From positions 5,580,001 through 5,644,000 of the forward strand of contig OX442314.1 in assembly GCA_949358305.1 (NCBI GenBank): a DNA stretch of 64,000 bases, written 5' to 3'. Shown here piece by piece: positions 1 through 12,100 of this stretch. The translations under genes were made by a program, and so were the position numbers. Numbering within the stretch: position 1 is the first letter of the stretch; the number at the start of each line of letters is the position of its first letter. Origin of the DNA: Strigamia acuminata. Taxonomy: Eukaryota. Below the pieces are notes generated by a model. That model had not been told where the DNA came from and ran no database searches. It saw only the letters and a program-made list of their open reading frames with translations.

Positions 1-1856
1 GAAATTGGGTTTAAGTCCGGCTTATGTGTCGTGCGAATTGACTTCGCAAGTCGACAGTCATTGCATGCCAACTCCTTGGACACTTCAGCCGGTTCCATCC
101 CGTAGACTTGATCATTTGCTGCCAAAAGACGCATCGAGTTGGTGTGAAGGTGGCCAAGACGACTATGCCACAGTCCAGTAGCGTCCTTCTTTGATGTGGT
201 GGCAGCAACCGTCTCCTTTTTAGGTAGAGAAGTCGTTTTAGGAATGGATGACGTCGGGATTGTCTGAATAACGTCGGAATAGGATGGGACAGGAGGAGAA
301 AGTTGGGTTGGTTTAGGACTGAGATTTGATAACGGATTGGTAGGAGTTGGGGTCGGAATTGGGTTCACGACGTCCGGAGATGGCAACTCAATACGAAAAT
401 CCGTTATTTGCTCCATTTTAGATTTCGGTTTCTTTTTCGGTTTCGGAATGGGCTCAAAATCAACCTCAGAAGTAACCAAGGTCTTGACAGGAGCTGTCGG
501 TGGAGGTTGAGAAGCTGTCGAAACTGCTGTTGGAAAAGTCGGAGTCACGCAAAGTCCATCGACATAGTATAGTCCGCCTTTCTCTTTTGCTCGAAGAACT
601 GATGAACGAATGTCGGATTGATAGACATTGATTTCTCCGTCGAATATGTGAATGTGAAACTTGTTTTTGTCGATTTTACTTACGGAGACTAGATTCGCCT
701 CAAAGTTCAGAGCAAATAAGACGTTGTGTAAAGTCACGAAACAATCACAGTTATCAATCGAGGTCTGAAGCCGCACGTTTCCACGTCCCGTAACTTTGGA
801 CTTGCCCTGTCCGAGCTCGATGTCGAATGGCGTAATCTGTTCAAAGTTCGAAAACCACGATTGAATGTGGGAAACGTGGTCGGTGGCCCCGCAGTCGACG
901 ATCCATTCATTTGACTGCATAAAATGTGCAATGGGACGCTCGATGATTTGGGGACAATTCACGAAAAAATTCGCATCTCGACGTGGCCTAGAACTGCCTC
1001 GTGGTTTGGGATCTTCCTGCTTCGACGCGTTCTTATTACGACGGCGACTCTTGCTGCGAGAGGAGCGTTGGACTTGCGCAACAGGTGCCTGGCGGTTCTG
1101 ACCATCGCTTTTCTGATGAGGGCACTTGTTGGCGTAATGTCCAAGTTCTTGGCAATTGAAACATCGAACTGTCGAAATATCACGCGGAGGTCGGGATTGA
1201 TTCCGTCGAGACTGACCAGTATTGGAAGTATGCGCCGATGCTGACTGAGAATTGTTCACATGTATCGATTTGAGGCGCATATACTCGGAGAGAAGCTGTT
1301 CGGCCACTAGAGCGGGCTTGAACTTGTCATCCGGCCAATGATATATGGCAAACGAAACTTGAGAATATTCTGGAGGAAGACGATGGAGGTATTGGTACGC
1401 ATGGTGGATATCTGATACCTCCTCTTGGACGGATTTAAGTTGGCTGACATGGTAGTCGACGCGGGCGATGAAATCCGCCATTTCCTCGTTCGGTTGGAGA
1501 CGGAGCGCAAGGAAATCCCAGCGCATCGCGGCTTGACGCGCGCGAGAGCTGGGAGCGTAGATCTGGGCCAACTTATCCCAAGATTGTTTGGGAGTGTCAC
1601 AATTATTGAGGGCTGACTTTTTCGCCTCCGAAACAAAACAGTAAATCAGGCCAAGCGCCTTGTCCTTTTTGCGCTGATATTTCGTTTTGTCCTTTTCCGA
1701 TGCGGTTTTCAGGTATTCGACTTCCTCGGTTTCCGTCACGTGGTGCCACAATCCTTCTGCTTTGAGGAGCATTCGCATGCTCCTCTGCCACGAGTCGTAA
1801 TTCCCTACAGCGAGTACGGGAACTCTGCCGCTGGTCGGATCGCTGACTTTTTGCAT
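1..1856 (-). CDS. Copia gag-pol polyprotein, N-terminal ~618 aa (partial; absent from ORF track because no stop lies in the window)
   Basis: Manual translation: MQKVSDPTSGRVPVLAVGNYDSWQRSMRMLLKAEGLW (Copia gag N-term), CFNCQELGHYANKC zinc knuckle, WIVDCGATDH protease, Pro/Thr-rich linker, LWHSRLGH...CNDC integrase HHCC. No stop codon down to position 1. Confidence 0.9.
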   Translation of the reverse strand, partial: MQKVSDPTSGRVPVLAVGNYDSWQRSMRMLLKAEGLWHHVTETEEVEYLKTASEKDKTKYQRKKDKALGLIYCFVSEAKKSALNNCDTPKQSWDKLAQIYAPSSRARQAAMRWDFLALRLQPNEEMADFIARVDYHVSQLKSVQEEVSDIHHAYQYLHRLPPEYSQVSFAIYHWPDDKFKPALVAEQLLSEYMRLKSIHVNNSQSASAHTSNTGQSRRNQSRPPRDISTVRCFNCQELGHYANKCPHQKSDGQNRQAPVAQVQRSSRSKSRRRNKNASKQEDPKPRGSSRPRRDANFFVNCPQIIERPIAHFMQSNEWIVDCGATDHVSHIQSWFSNFEQITPFDIELGQGKSKVTGRGNVRLQTSIDNCDCFVTLHNVLFALNFEANLVSVSKIDKNKFHIHIFDGEINVYQSDIRSSVLRAKEKGGLYYVDGLCVTPTFPTAVSTASQPPPTAPVKTLVTSEVDFEPIPKPKKKPKSKMEQITDFRIELPSPDVVNPIPTPTPTNPLSNLSPKPTQLSPPVPSYSDVIQTIPTSSIPKTTSLPKKETVAATTSKKDATGLWHSRLGHLHTNSMRLLAANDQVYGMEPAEVSKELACNDCRLAKSIRTTHKPDLNPI

Positions 1857-2729
1857 GATAGCAGCCAAGACGAGACAAAACGCGAAAAATCACAGAAGCG
1901 ACGAGAGTGGTATTGGTGCACTGGATTCGGAGCACTGGCGAACACGATGCACTTCACAACACACACACACCTCCCTCGTGGTTCAAAGCGGAAACCGTAA
2001 ATGGGGCGATTCCTTCTGAAGAAATCAGAAAACCCCCGATAGCCAGTCTGAGAGGGTCCGACCGGTTGCCTGGAACCGCGGGAAACCTCACTTGTACCAC
2101 GACAAGCACTATCGGGGAATACAACGGCACTTGCCCGGATTCGAGCGAAGGGTGCCGAGGATGCTAAATGTCCCACACCAAAATCCCCCTTAAATCTAAC
2201 AATAATAATAATACGACCCTGAAAAATAAAGAAGGCGAAATGGAGATTCTGTGTGGGCTGGTCACCACACCGTCGTGTAGAAAACACGGGTTTACTCGCT
2301 TTTCTCGAAAAAGCGGCTGAAAAGCGCATTCGACCCGAATAAATCGAGAAAAAATCCAAAAATCGTCGAAAAATAAATAAATCGACGATACTGTAGACAC
2401 ACCGGGGTGAATACAGCGGGTTTTGCCCGTTTCTAGATGATAACACGCCTTGTCGGCGGTGTCGAGTCGAAATCTCGGCGAAATCAGCGTTAAACCTGAA
2501 AATATAAAGATTTGCCGCAAAATTCGCGTAACCCGCGTAATTTTCGGCAAAGTTAGACAGGAGAACGTCGGTAGAACGTGGAATGAACGTCTCGAAGACG
2601 TTACGAAAATGACGAAAATCGGCTGAAATCGACGTCGGAATCTGAAAATAGTCAAAAATTTGCCGCGAATCGCGAAAATCGCGAATTTCTTGGCAAAAAT
2701 TAGTGGAAAGCATGCTAACAGAGGATAGC

Positions 2730-2747
2730 AACCATCCTCTGCTACCA
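2730..2747 (-). promoter_or_regulatory. Primer-binding site, tRNA-iMet 3' end
   Basis: Minus strand TGGTAGCAGAGGATGGTT, complementary to the 3' end of animal initiator tRNA-Met; 2 nt from the LTR end. Confidence 0.9.
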
Positions 2748-2749
2748 AT

Positions 2750-3081
2750 TGTAGCAGAGGAGGAGGAAATTAGCTCGGAATTACGAGCGAAAAATCGAAA
2801 ACGGAGTCGGAAAACGACTCGCAGAGTGCTCGCAAATACTCGCTCGCAGAATACTCGCGCCGAAAACGTTTCGAGCAAGATACGGCCGTGCACAAGCACT
2901 TATATGCCGTGGAATGATGCAAATAGCATATACAAATAATAAAATGATTTAATATAAACGAAATATCTTACATAGTGGTCCAAATCAGGTTGGGAAAGAG
3001 GATGGGCAAGCAACAACATGTGCAGCGCCATCTTGGATTCAAGAGAGTGTGAGAAGCGACACCTTGTGTCGCAATACAACA
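2750..3081 (-). repeat. 5' LTR of Copia 1 (~332 bp)
   Basis: Minus strand starts TGTTG at 3081 and ends ...TACA at 2750 next to the PBS. The partner LTR is outside the window, so the outer boundary is inferred. Confidence 0.7.
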
Positions 3082-4209
3082 TTACAAATTAGGAAAATAG
3101 TCAAAGTAACTTCCAAAACTAACAAATGCATGGTGCCTCATGCTAAAATACATAAACAATGACTAAATGACCAAAATATGATAAACAACTTAAAAGATCG
3201 GTAAATAAGCGATAATTGAGAAATACACTGGGAAAATGATAATTCAAGCCGAATCTATCTTACATTGACCACAAACACGGTCCGTAGACCAACAGAACCA
3301 CCGCCGCCGAGCCGTCGTACGAGAACAGAAGAAACCCACGAGAACCATCGTCTCCGACCATCGTTCGTGAGTTTGCAAAACGAAGACATTTGCCTTCGCT
3401 CAACAACATTGTGTTGTTTAAGCGCCATTTCTGACGCTTTGTAGCTTGCAACAGTCGTTGCAAGCCCTTCCATTGTTCCCGCTCATTTTACTTCGCGACT
3501 TGTCACATTCTGTGATATTTCCATCATTATTAATATATATTGTAATTAAAATCGAATAAATATATTGTGTCATTTTTATACTATAAACTGTCTTTTTATT
3601 CCTTTTCCTTAAACTTAACCCCTAGATAATTTAAGGCCGCCGATTGTAAGTCTTGAAAAGCATTCACCTGCGGTTTCAGGCTTATTAATTAGTAATAAGT
3701 CTGATATTAACCCGGATCGCAGCAAATTCAATAAAATTGTTGTAGTTATCAAATTTTTTACCGAAAATTTGATAACTACGTATAAAAATACATCATATAA
3801 AGACCTGTTGTACTTTTTACGTCGCAACTCCTTTAAGTATTAAGTGTATTATTAATTTACAGTTGCATAAAAGTAGAATTATTCCATAAATAAGATATAA
3901 ATGAAATAGCTTTTAACCGTAGACAGGATCACGACAACACATACTAAAAACTACCATAATGAGTTGTGCGATGTGAAAAACATGCTAAAGTATAAACACC
4001 AAACAGAACACTCAACGTATGGCGCTAAGTAACATGTGATAAAACAACTTGATGGCCACTTAATACAAAATTTACCATTTAATAAACTGAGCGCTTGTCT
4101 CTTCACTTTACATAGAACAAGATTACAGTTAACTTACAAATGATTCTCGACAAAATACCAAATTTGTTCTGTTTGGACCAGAAAAATTGAAATCTTTCCG
4201 AGAGTGGCT

Positions 4210-4594
4210 TTAATAGTTAAATCGATTATCCAAGCAGACTTTGAAGCAATTAAAACTGTTTACAATGAAAATATAGAAAGATAGTAATGACATTCCCAAA
4301 CCTGATCCTAGAATGCTGCCGATATCGCTTAACAATTGAGAGATTGGATATTTCTGTTTCTCTTCTATGTTCTCGGTGAAACTATCAGTGAATCGAATAG
4401 TTGCAACCGTGAAGAAATCAACTGCTAATTTAGCCCCATGGAAAATGGGTTGGTAAAATATATTTTCGCAAGGTTGTTTACATTTGCACTGTTTTTGATT
4501 CGAATCATAGTTCTTTAAGTATGTAAAATGAGAGATAGAAATATCTTTTGCGGTGTTACAGTCAGGCAAATTAGAAGTTACCATATATGGTAGT
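4210..4594 (-). CDS. Gene A exon 11: TM2 of repeat 2 and stop
   Basis: TTTCAG|LPYM...CKCKQPC...YPISQLLSDIGSILGSGLGMSLLSFYIF...NY*; GxS filter = GMS. Confidence 0.9.
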
Positions 4595-4769
4595 CTGAAA
4601 AATAAAAAGATCTAATTAATGAATTAAGAACAACAAAATGTGAAAATAAATAAAAATAAATGTGATAAAAGCAAATATAGATGTGTGAATTTGTAACCGA
4701 GCATGTTAACACGCAGCAATCTGCACTGAGGAGTGAATAAATTGAAAAGGTGTCAACCACTTATCATAC

Positions 4770-4879
4770 CTGCAGTTAATGCTTTGAAATAAATTGTTTT
4801 GCATGCAAGCGTTTTTACACATCACATAAGCAGTTTTGTTTTCTTCGCATGGATTGCGCTTGGTATTTCTTCGTACACT
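4770..4879 (-). CDS. Gene A exon 10 (repeat 2 thumb)
   Basis: AATAG|SVRRNTKRNPCEENKTAYVMCKNACMQNNLFQSINCR|GTATG; Cys spacing parallels exon 5. Confidence 0.85.
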
Positions 4880-4947
4880 CTATTTGATAAAATCAAGATT
4901 GGTATAAACTTGATGTACTGTAGTCTACATATTGTTTAATTAAATAC

Positions 4948-5043
4948 GTTAAATATTCGAAGTATTATTTCATTCGTCCAACCATATAATAAATCCAATG
5001 GTTCTAGAAGGTTCACTTCCTCTTCCTGGTTATTTAGGAATAA
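4948..5043 (-). CDS. Gene A exon 9 (repeat 2, equivalent of exon 4)
   Basis: TATAG|LFLNNQEEEVNLLEPLDLLYGWTNEIILRIFN|GTATTT; 96 nt, phase 0->0. Confidence 0.7.
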
Positions 5044-5248
5044 CTATATTAATAATATAGTACAAAATTAAGTGGCCTTGTGTGTCAGTTTTGGTTACTT
5101 AAAATTGATTTATTCAACTGAATGATAGTTAACCGAATGTAATTTGTAAAAAAAAATATTTCACAACCTACCAATACTATGTGGTGATCTCACTTTGTGG
5201 TGACCCAAAAAAAAGGAATGTTTGACACAAGAAGAAATTCTTAGCGTT

Positions 5249-6465
5249 TGTGGCGTCCTACTTTGTATAGGTTTAAATACTACTTAAGTGTGCTAACGTG
5301 GTTTACTTTACCTGTGATCGTTTATGTTAATACCCAAATAAATACTAAATGTATATGAAATGAACAAGGATTTATTCAATAGGCTTTTACGCCTTAAAAT
5401 ACACTCAGTAATATTCTATTGTATACTTTTTCCACACTCATTTTTGACCCTGGAAGCTGGGCTCCCATTGGCCGAGCCATTTCACCTGTGTAGTGATACA
5501 TAAAAGAAGACCGAAAACACCAGACTCAATACAAAATTCAAATAACATGTGCTTTCTAGACAAAGCAAGCACTAAAATGAAAAACAATTTGTTTTTAATT
5601 AAAAACACCATAAAACTATTTTTCAAAGATGGAAAACATGTTTTATTAGATAATAACATTGAATGTAAATAATTTCAAGCATTATTATTCAGGAATAGAC
5701 TAAAAATCATAAGGAACTACTTTTCCTCGTAGCAGTAGTTCCATTGCAGTTTTGAGTAATTGGACTAGGCCAATGGGAGCCCAGCTTCCAGGGTCAAGAA
5801 TGAGTGTAGAAAGAGTATAAAGTCGACTTGGTCAGAGTCGAACAAAGGATTTCTCAAGATGGCGTCTTCTGTTCCGTCAGGTCGCTGGAACAATGATGCC
5901 GTCTCGAGTAGTCGTTAATTCGTCGCGGATTCGTCGTTACGAACGCGGTGGAATGCTCAAAGAGTCTTCTATCCGTGTTGTCTACGGGTATGTTTTAGCG
6001 TCGCAGAGGCTTTGAGTCAGAACACGGGGCTCCGTACAAAGCGCTCGGACACTTGTTGGTGGGGAAATAATAACGGGGTGTTATTATTTCAGGTGTTTTC
6101 ACAAGTGCTATTTGTAGGAACAGCTCTCTTGTAAATCCGTGAGAGTTACAGTTGCACTTGGTTCAGCTGTCCTCTATCAATCCTAACTTATAGTTGAAGT
6201 TGGCCTGACGGTGAGGAAGTTGCTGTGTTCTTGGTGTCGTTTGTGAAGGTTCTGACTTTAGGCGGGAAACTCCACCTTTTATACAGTGGGGTTGGTGGGA
6301 ACGGTGTCATCCAATGGTGGCTGACCACCCGTCGCTCCACTCCCCTCGGGGCACACACCTGCTCGAAGGAGGCGGAGCCTACGCGAGGGAAACAACCCGC
6401 TTACTCGGGTGACTCAGATGAGAAGTATCTGCTCGGCGGGACACCTACCCATCTGGGTCACCACA
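5249..6465 (-). mobile_element. Solo LTR of a subfamily related to the Gypsy element at 34307, with an internal MITE
   Basis: TGTGGCG...CCACA flanked by 4-bp TSD CGTT; colinear with, but diverged from, the reverse complement of LTR 34307-35127. Confidence 0.85.
5422..5819. mobile_element. MITE with ~50-bp terminal inverted repeats inside the solo LTR
   Basis: TATACTTTTTCCACACTCATTTTTGACCCTGGAAGCTGGGCTCCCATTGGCC mirrored at 5768-5819. Confidence 0.7.
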
Positions 6466-6503
6466 CGTTGACCCCTTTTTGAGTCACCATAGAAAGGCTC
6501 ATC

Positions 6504-6575
6504 TGGAAATTCCATTGTTGCATTTTGGAAATTCCGTTGTTGCATTTTGGAAACTCCATTTTGCATTTTGAAACT
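6504..6575. repeat. Short tandem repeat (~22-bp unit TGGAAATTCCATTGTTGCATTT, ~3 degenerate copies)
   Basis: Direct inspection. Confidence 0.6.
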
Positions 6576-7374
6576 GGACAAGTTACTTCGAGTTATTGAT
6601 TGTAAGGCTTAAAGCCCTTGAATAAACTACTTTATTCCTTCTATATCTTGTAACAAGTATTATTTGGAGTAAACACAGATCACAGGTAAGTAAGACTAAC
6701 CACAAGAGTAACATCTTCTATAAGCTATTTAACAATACCGACAAAGGACGCAGCAACTTGTATTTTGATGCTTTAAGCATTAGATATGCAAAGGATTCAT
6801 AACCTCGATCAGAAAAGTTAACAGAAAGCAATGATACAAGTTCGCATCAATGTCATGGTGATATAAATTCTAGAAACAACTTAAAATGTTAAACTACGGA
6901 ATTTGTATCACCTTTTGGTTTCATGTAACTTAAACAATGATATTCTAATTAAGTGTTGAAGTGAAAAAGATTGAACCAACCCAATATTTAACGTACATAA
7001 AATTTTCTATTTTTGAAATATGTCGCCAGCTAGTGATAAACCCTTACATTAACTTTCCAAGTCATTTACAAGCAACTTAAGTTTAATGTAAATGTCTAAT
7101 TTACAGATGAAATTTAAGAAATGTGTAAATACTGTACAATGTTAATTTTCAAATTTCAATTTAATTTTCCAACAACTTTACAAAAACTGTAAAGCTTACA
7201 TTTACACATAAATTTTTGGAACATTTACAGTTCCTAAAGCCATATTTTCTCCAGTGGTAAAATTGTCACAAACTCAATTCTCATCAACTGGATTACTGGT
7301 CAACAAGAATTTAGTCAATTGGAACCTATCTTGACGAAATTCATGTGGGTTTCTGTTTATTGATTTTACCATAC

Positions 7375-7457
7375 CTTCATATGCTGGTAACACACTTCTG
7401 AAGGAAATAAGCGGTCAAATACAAATTCGAGGGGAACCATTTGGTTAGTTGTTTTTT
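7375..7457 (-). CDS. Gene A exon 8 (repeat 2, equivalent of exon 3)
   Basis: TTTTCAG|(E)KTTNQMVPLEFVFDRLFPSEVCYQHMK|GTATGG; phase 1->0 fits both neighbours. Confidence 0.65.
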
Positions 7458-7800
7458 CTGAAAAACAATGGAAAGATCTTTATCAATTTTCAAAAGTATC
7501 AGCAATTTTAATTACAGTTAAATACGGATTTGAAAAAAGCATTCGATTATTTTATGCACAATGGCCTTAAAATGAAAGAATGAACTTTACACGATTTTTG
7601 TCTAAAAACTGATTGTCCAATAGAATGATCGGGCTGATTGCTAATGTATATACAGTAATCTAGGAATAATTTGGGCAACCATTTCCAATTAGTCTAAAAT
7701 AAAACTTTAAAAAATTGCCAATTAATCCCATGCTGAAATGGTGGCAAATTAATAACCTCTTTAATTTTCCAAACCAAGCAATGTCATTAATGGGCTGGAC

Positions 7801-8068
7801 ACACAGGTTCAAATCCTGTTGTCTATGAAAGTTTTTATTTTTATTTTTTATTTACTTTTAGCAGTAATTTTAATGTTTGTAATTTTATATTTGTTAAAAA
7901 ATTAAAATTAATTGAATTAAAATTTTCTGAAAACAAATATAAAATTACAAACATTAAAATTACTGCTAAAAATAAATAAAAAATAAAGGTAAAAATTTTC
8001 ATAGACAACAGGATTTTAACCTGTGTGGAAAGATACCTAGTCCATTGCCTTAACCACTGGACCACCAC
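7801..8068. repeat. Foldback palindrome whose arm carries a tRNA-derived (SINE-like) head
   Basis: Arms 7801-~7895 and ~7930-8027 are reverse complements; minus strand GTGGTCCAGTGGTTAAGGC (A-box-like) and GGTT(C/A)AAATCC (B-box-like). Confidence 0.5.
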
Positions 8069-8920
8069 TACAAACTATTGTTGTCTTCATGAAGACAGTC
8101 ATGTTGGTGAACAAAGTTCTGATCATTGAATCTCAAATGATGAAATTACATCATTGAATGTCAAATGAAAAAATTCAACCTGGATCTTGGAACTATTTTT
8201 TACCTAGCAACAGTTGTTTACAATATTCCTCCGCAAGCCTAATTATTCCCAAAAGTGTACTATCACCATAGAAAGAGTCCAAATTTAATGTTTGATTTAT
8301 TTCTTTCTGCCTGTTCATGGCATAAAAACCTTTGGGCAGCTTATTTACCTGTTTGAGGTAAATAAATTCCTCAAAAATTGTGGTCATGACCGAAGAGTCT
8401 TATTGGTGCACTCCCCTTGTTAGTAGTGTGACAATGGGTATGCCACAGCCTCCATGAGTGGTTGCATGGAACATGCAGGTGAGTACAGCAGAATGTTGTT
8501 TTACCAACCTCGTCATACATGGGATTCTCACCGTGTGTGATGGTTCGGTTGCCGGTGTGGCTTGCCCTCATGGCACTACCAACACGCCGGGAGATGGGAG
8601 TCTCTAACCCCTAGACAAATGGATTAAAGGCCAACAACCAACAATCTGGAGTCTCTTGTCTTTCATTACGTGAGTATGCGTCCCAAACCATGGTAACCAG
8701 GTTAACCAGGCTGCCATGGCAACAACCATACCACTCAGTTAAAATGCCACAGGTGCAAAGAAGTGCCTTGTGTTGATTTCCAGACGGTAGAGGAGCTACT
8801 GTCACAGCAGCAGTTCAAAACAAATTTGTCACCTTGTCCCAAAAATCCCAAAAAATCCCAAATCACCCAACTTTACGGTATGTGTGTCTGTGAAATTACC
8901 TGCTGCAATTACATTCTTAC

Positions 8921-9005
8921 CTGAAATTATTTGTGAACAATGTCCAAAAGGGAGGGGAATAAGAGTTTTTGATGTGTTCAATACAGCTTTAAATCCACGA
9001 AAATA
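8921..9005 (-). CDS. Gene A exon 7 (repeat 2, equivalent of exon 2)
   Basis: TATAG|YFRGFKAVLNTSKTLIPLPFGHCSQIIS(G)|GTAAG; 85 nt, phase 0->1. Confidence 0.8.
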
Positions 9006-9064
9006 CTATAAACATCAAACAATTTAACATAATTTTCTTGTCGTGATTATATTTGAGAATATAC

Positions 9065-9160
9065 CTTATAAGATAACTGATCATCAAGAATGATTGTTTC
9101 GTGGACGTTGAGTTTGTTCCATATTTCTTCCAATGACAATTCGTTGCTGAACAATTGCCA
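9065..9160 (-). CDS. Gene A exon 6, 3' part (after the insertion)
   Basis: WQLFSNELSLEEIWNKLNVHETIILDDQLSYK|GTAT. Joins NNISP in frame when 9165-12687 and one TGGT TSD are removed; the paralog fragment at 24277 independently reads NNISPWQL. Confidence 0.85.
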
Positions 9161-9164
9161 TGGT

Positions 9165-12100
9165 TGTGACGGTGACGACCACAACTCCTATCGCATGATA
9201 GTACCGGGTATAAGTCGCGTGGAATAGTGAATAATACGAGATAAAATAAAGCCCAGGAGAAAAAGGTTCTGCAGAATTCTGCATGTTGTGCAGAAAAATT
9301 TTCTTCAGAAAAACTTACCAAATTCTGCAGAATTCTTCAGAAAAATGTTAACCTTTTCTGCAGAATATTTTCTGCAGAAAGCATTTTCTGCAGAAAAAAG
9401 TACCAAATTCTGCAGAATTCTGCAGAAAAATGTTAACCTTTTCTGCAGAATATCTGCAGAATTCTGAAAAAAAATAGATTTCCATACTTATACATTTACA
9501 AACTCAAATTTTTTTTCACCATATAAAGCCATTTAGTTTCTTTTAAAACCCATATTCAACAATTAGTTTTCATTGTTATTAGCACAAATTGCATGTTTTA
9601 TTAGTGAGTTTGCGGTTGCCAATTATTCCTTATAATTATGAGTTACAAGCTCATAATTATAATTATAATTCCTTCTTGAAATAGGCACTTGCGGTGCAAT
9701 AAATATATTTTATAAATTATACTTATAAATACCATGTAATGGTAGAACAAATCCCTATGCAAAAGAAAATGAAAATCTGTAGTTTTACTAATTTGACAGT
9801 TTTCAGACATGAAATTGTCTTCCAGTTTATTTATTTACTTACCTGGAATGATTTTAGTTGTTTCTATCCTTCGATGGCAGAAAGAAATTGTGATTGAGGC
9901 TGATTGTTGAAACAGGTCAGGCAGCCATTTTGAATTTGCATTAGCACCATCAGCGCCATTTGCAATAGTGGGAGGAGCTTCAAATAGTGTTACGCGATCT
10001 GATTGGCTCCCTTATTTTACAAAATAGTGTAAAAGTTGAGGAGTTACGTTATGTTATAAGTCCATTTTTATAATTATGAGCTTGTAACTCATAATTATAA
10101 GAAACAATTGGCAACCGCAAACTCACTATAGACATTTTTATTTATCTTTATTTAAATCTTTTAGTTTTTTTTCTTACCATGACCTCTGCTGGAATTGAAC
10201 CTGGGATCCATTGTTCTAAAGCCCAGTGCTCTATCCACTCGGCTTGTATAGCTTATACTATTGGAATGCATAACTTCTCTTATATAGTTACTTTTTCCGA
10301 AATGGTTTTAAATTTTCAAATAGTCTCAGCTTTAAATAAAACGTTTAAATAAATAAAGTTTAATTTAAAGAAGTTGTAAATGTTTATATGTGTATTAAAG
10401 AAACTAAATGCATCCATTCGGAAAATTTGATTTAAACTAAAAACAATAACTTCATCTTTTTGTTTAAAATTTCTGCGTAACTTTGCAGAAATGGAGAAGG
10501 AATAAATTCTGCACTTCATTCAGCGTCGAGGGGGTAGCCAATCGCAAAAATCCCGTACAAGATTCAATTTGAAATCCTTGAAGAGTTCATGAGATTTCAA
10601 GGATTTTGAAATCCAAAATCTTTGCCTGTACGAGATTTCCAACATTGGCTACCCTTTCGTTCGGCCTACAATTATTCTGCACAATTCTGCAGAAAAAAAA
10701 GATTTTCTGGCAAATTTTTTCGGCTGGCATTTTTTCTGCAGAATTCTGCAGAGAGAAAAAGATTTTCTGCAGAATTTTTTCTGCTGGCAAACTTTCTGCA
10801 GAATTCTGCAGATTCTTTTTACCTGGGAGACAACAAGTTTCTCAAAACACTACATTTATTGTTGTAAAACAATAGAATCAAATCTAAAAGTTATACATAA
10901 ACTAATGCCGACATTTGGCAAGTTAAAAGCACATTTAACTATACAATAAAATGGCCGAATGGCCCTAAAATAATAACATTACGGTTATTGGTGATCCTGG
11001 GTTCGGGAACGGCAAAACGCCCGCTCGACCGAGTTAAAAGATGTCATCTACGCGTAGCCGGGCTGGCTGTGTCCTCGCGGCTTCCGTCGGCGCTTCGTAA
11101 TCGTGGAACTGGTTCCTTCGCGTTCCGGGTTCGTATCGTGTAATGGTCCGTGTAATGCTGTTTGGTTCGATCCGAGAGGTGCGGTTGACTCATGTGCACC
11201 GCCACAACTAGGGTTGGAAATTGGTAATGAATAAATGAAGTCATTTATTCGCCAAGGTTCCGCTTGCGAATTATATTTAATTCGCGATGTTGTGAGTTTA
11301 ATAAATTAACTCAATAAATTATATTCAATTTATTGTTACGAATTTGATTCGTCATACAGTGAAATAAGTCTCGTGACTTACTTCGGTTGTTAACTTGTTG
11401 CCAAGTTTAAACAATTAAGGTGTATTTATCAACTACAAAATATAATAAAGGTTAAACATCGCAACACACAATTGCCGTCAAAGTTCGCCTTGCTGAGCAG
11501 AACAGTATCGCGCGTGCCCTAAATAACAGTGCGGTGAGAGACGGCACTGGTATTCAGGGGGATATAGCCCGCAGTTCTGCACAACAGAATTAATCACCCG
11601 AGATACTACTCATAAGTAGACTGCTTTGGCACCATCACCGAAGAGATATAACATTCCCAAACACATAGTGCTACTGGCGGTAACTGCATGTTTTGCATGC
11701 AGACTGCTTTGGCACCATCAGGTGATGGAGTCAATCTCTTGCAGTAACAGTGCTACTGACGGTTACTAAATACTTTGGTATCACACGTGATTCTATTGTC
11801 CGACCACGAGGATACTTATGCGGGAGGCTTTCTCCTCGGCAAGACCGTTTGACGGAAACATGAATAGTCCGAACTTCGCCTTCAGTTGACGGGGGTTGCA
11901 TGGCTCAGCAGAGATACTACCCGAGATGTTTGACACAAGAAGAAATTCTTAGCGTTTGTGGCGTCCTACTTTGTATAGGTTTAAATACTACTTAAATGTG
12001 CTAACGTGGTTTACTTTACCTGTGATCGTTTATGTTAATACCCAAATAAATACTAAATGTATATGAAATGAACAAGGATTTATTCAATAGGCTTTTACGC

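Larger units (their letters stand above)
1..3081 (-). mobile_element. Copia-type LTR retrotransposon 1 (5' part; runs off left window edge)
   Basis: 5' LTR 3081->2750 with TG...CA ends; tRNA-iMet PBS 2747->2730; ~870-nt leader; open gag-PR-IN frame from ATG 1856 to the window edge. Confidence 0.9.

Noticed and set aside
1805..2899. 364-aa and 194-aa minus-strand ORFs in the Copia 1 leader
   Set aside because: F/R/S-biased with no motifs; they span LTR, PBS and leader. The real gag starts at ATG 1856 in another frame.
7995..8068. Functional tRNA gene (also ~10180-10245)
   Set aside because: A/B-box-like motifs are present, but I could not fold a convincing cloverleaf and both lie in repeats; treated as SINE-like.
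8100..8870. GC-richer intronic blocks (also 21990-22300, 32400-33000, 54960-55320) as possible exons or LINE remnants
   Set aside because: No recognisable motif or consistent frame; not needed for the gene models; left unclassified.
8989..9321. 110-aa Cys/His-rich ORF
   Set aside because: Chimeric across MITE, LTR end and exon; the true exon frame is different (WQLFSNELSLEEIW).
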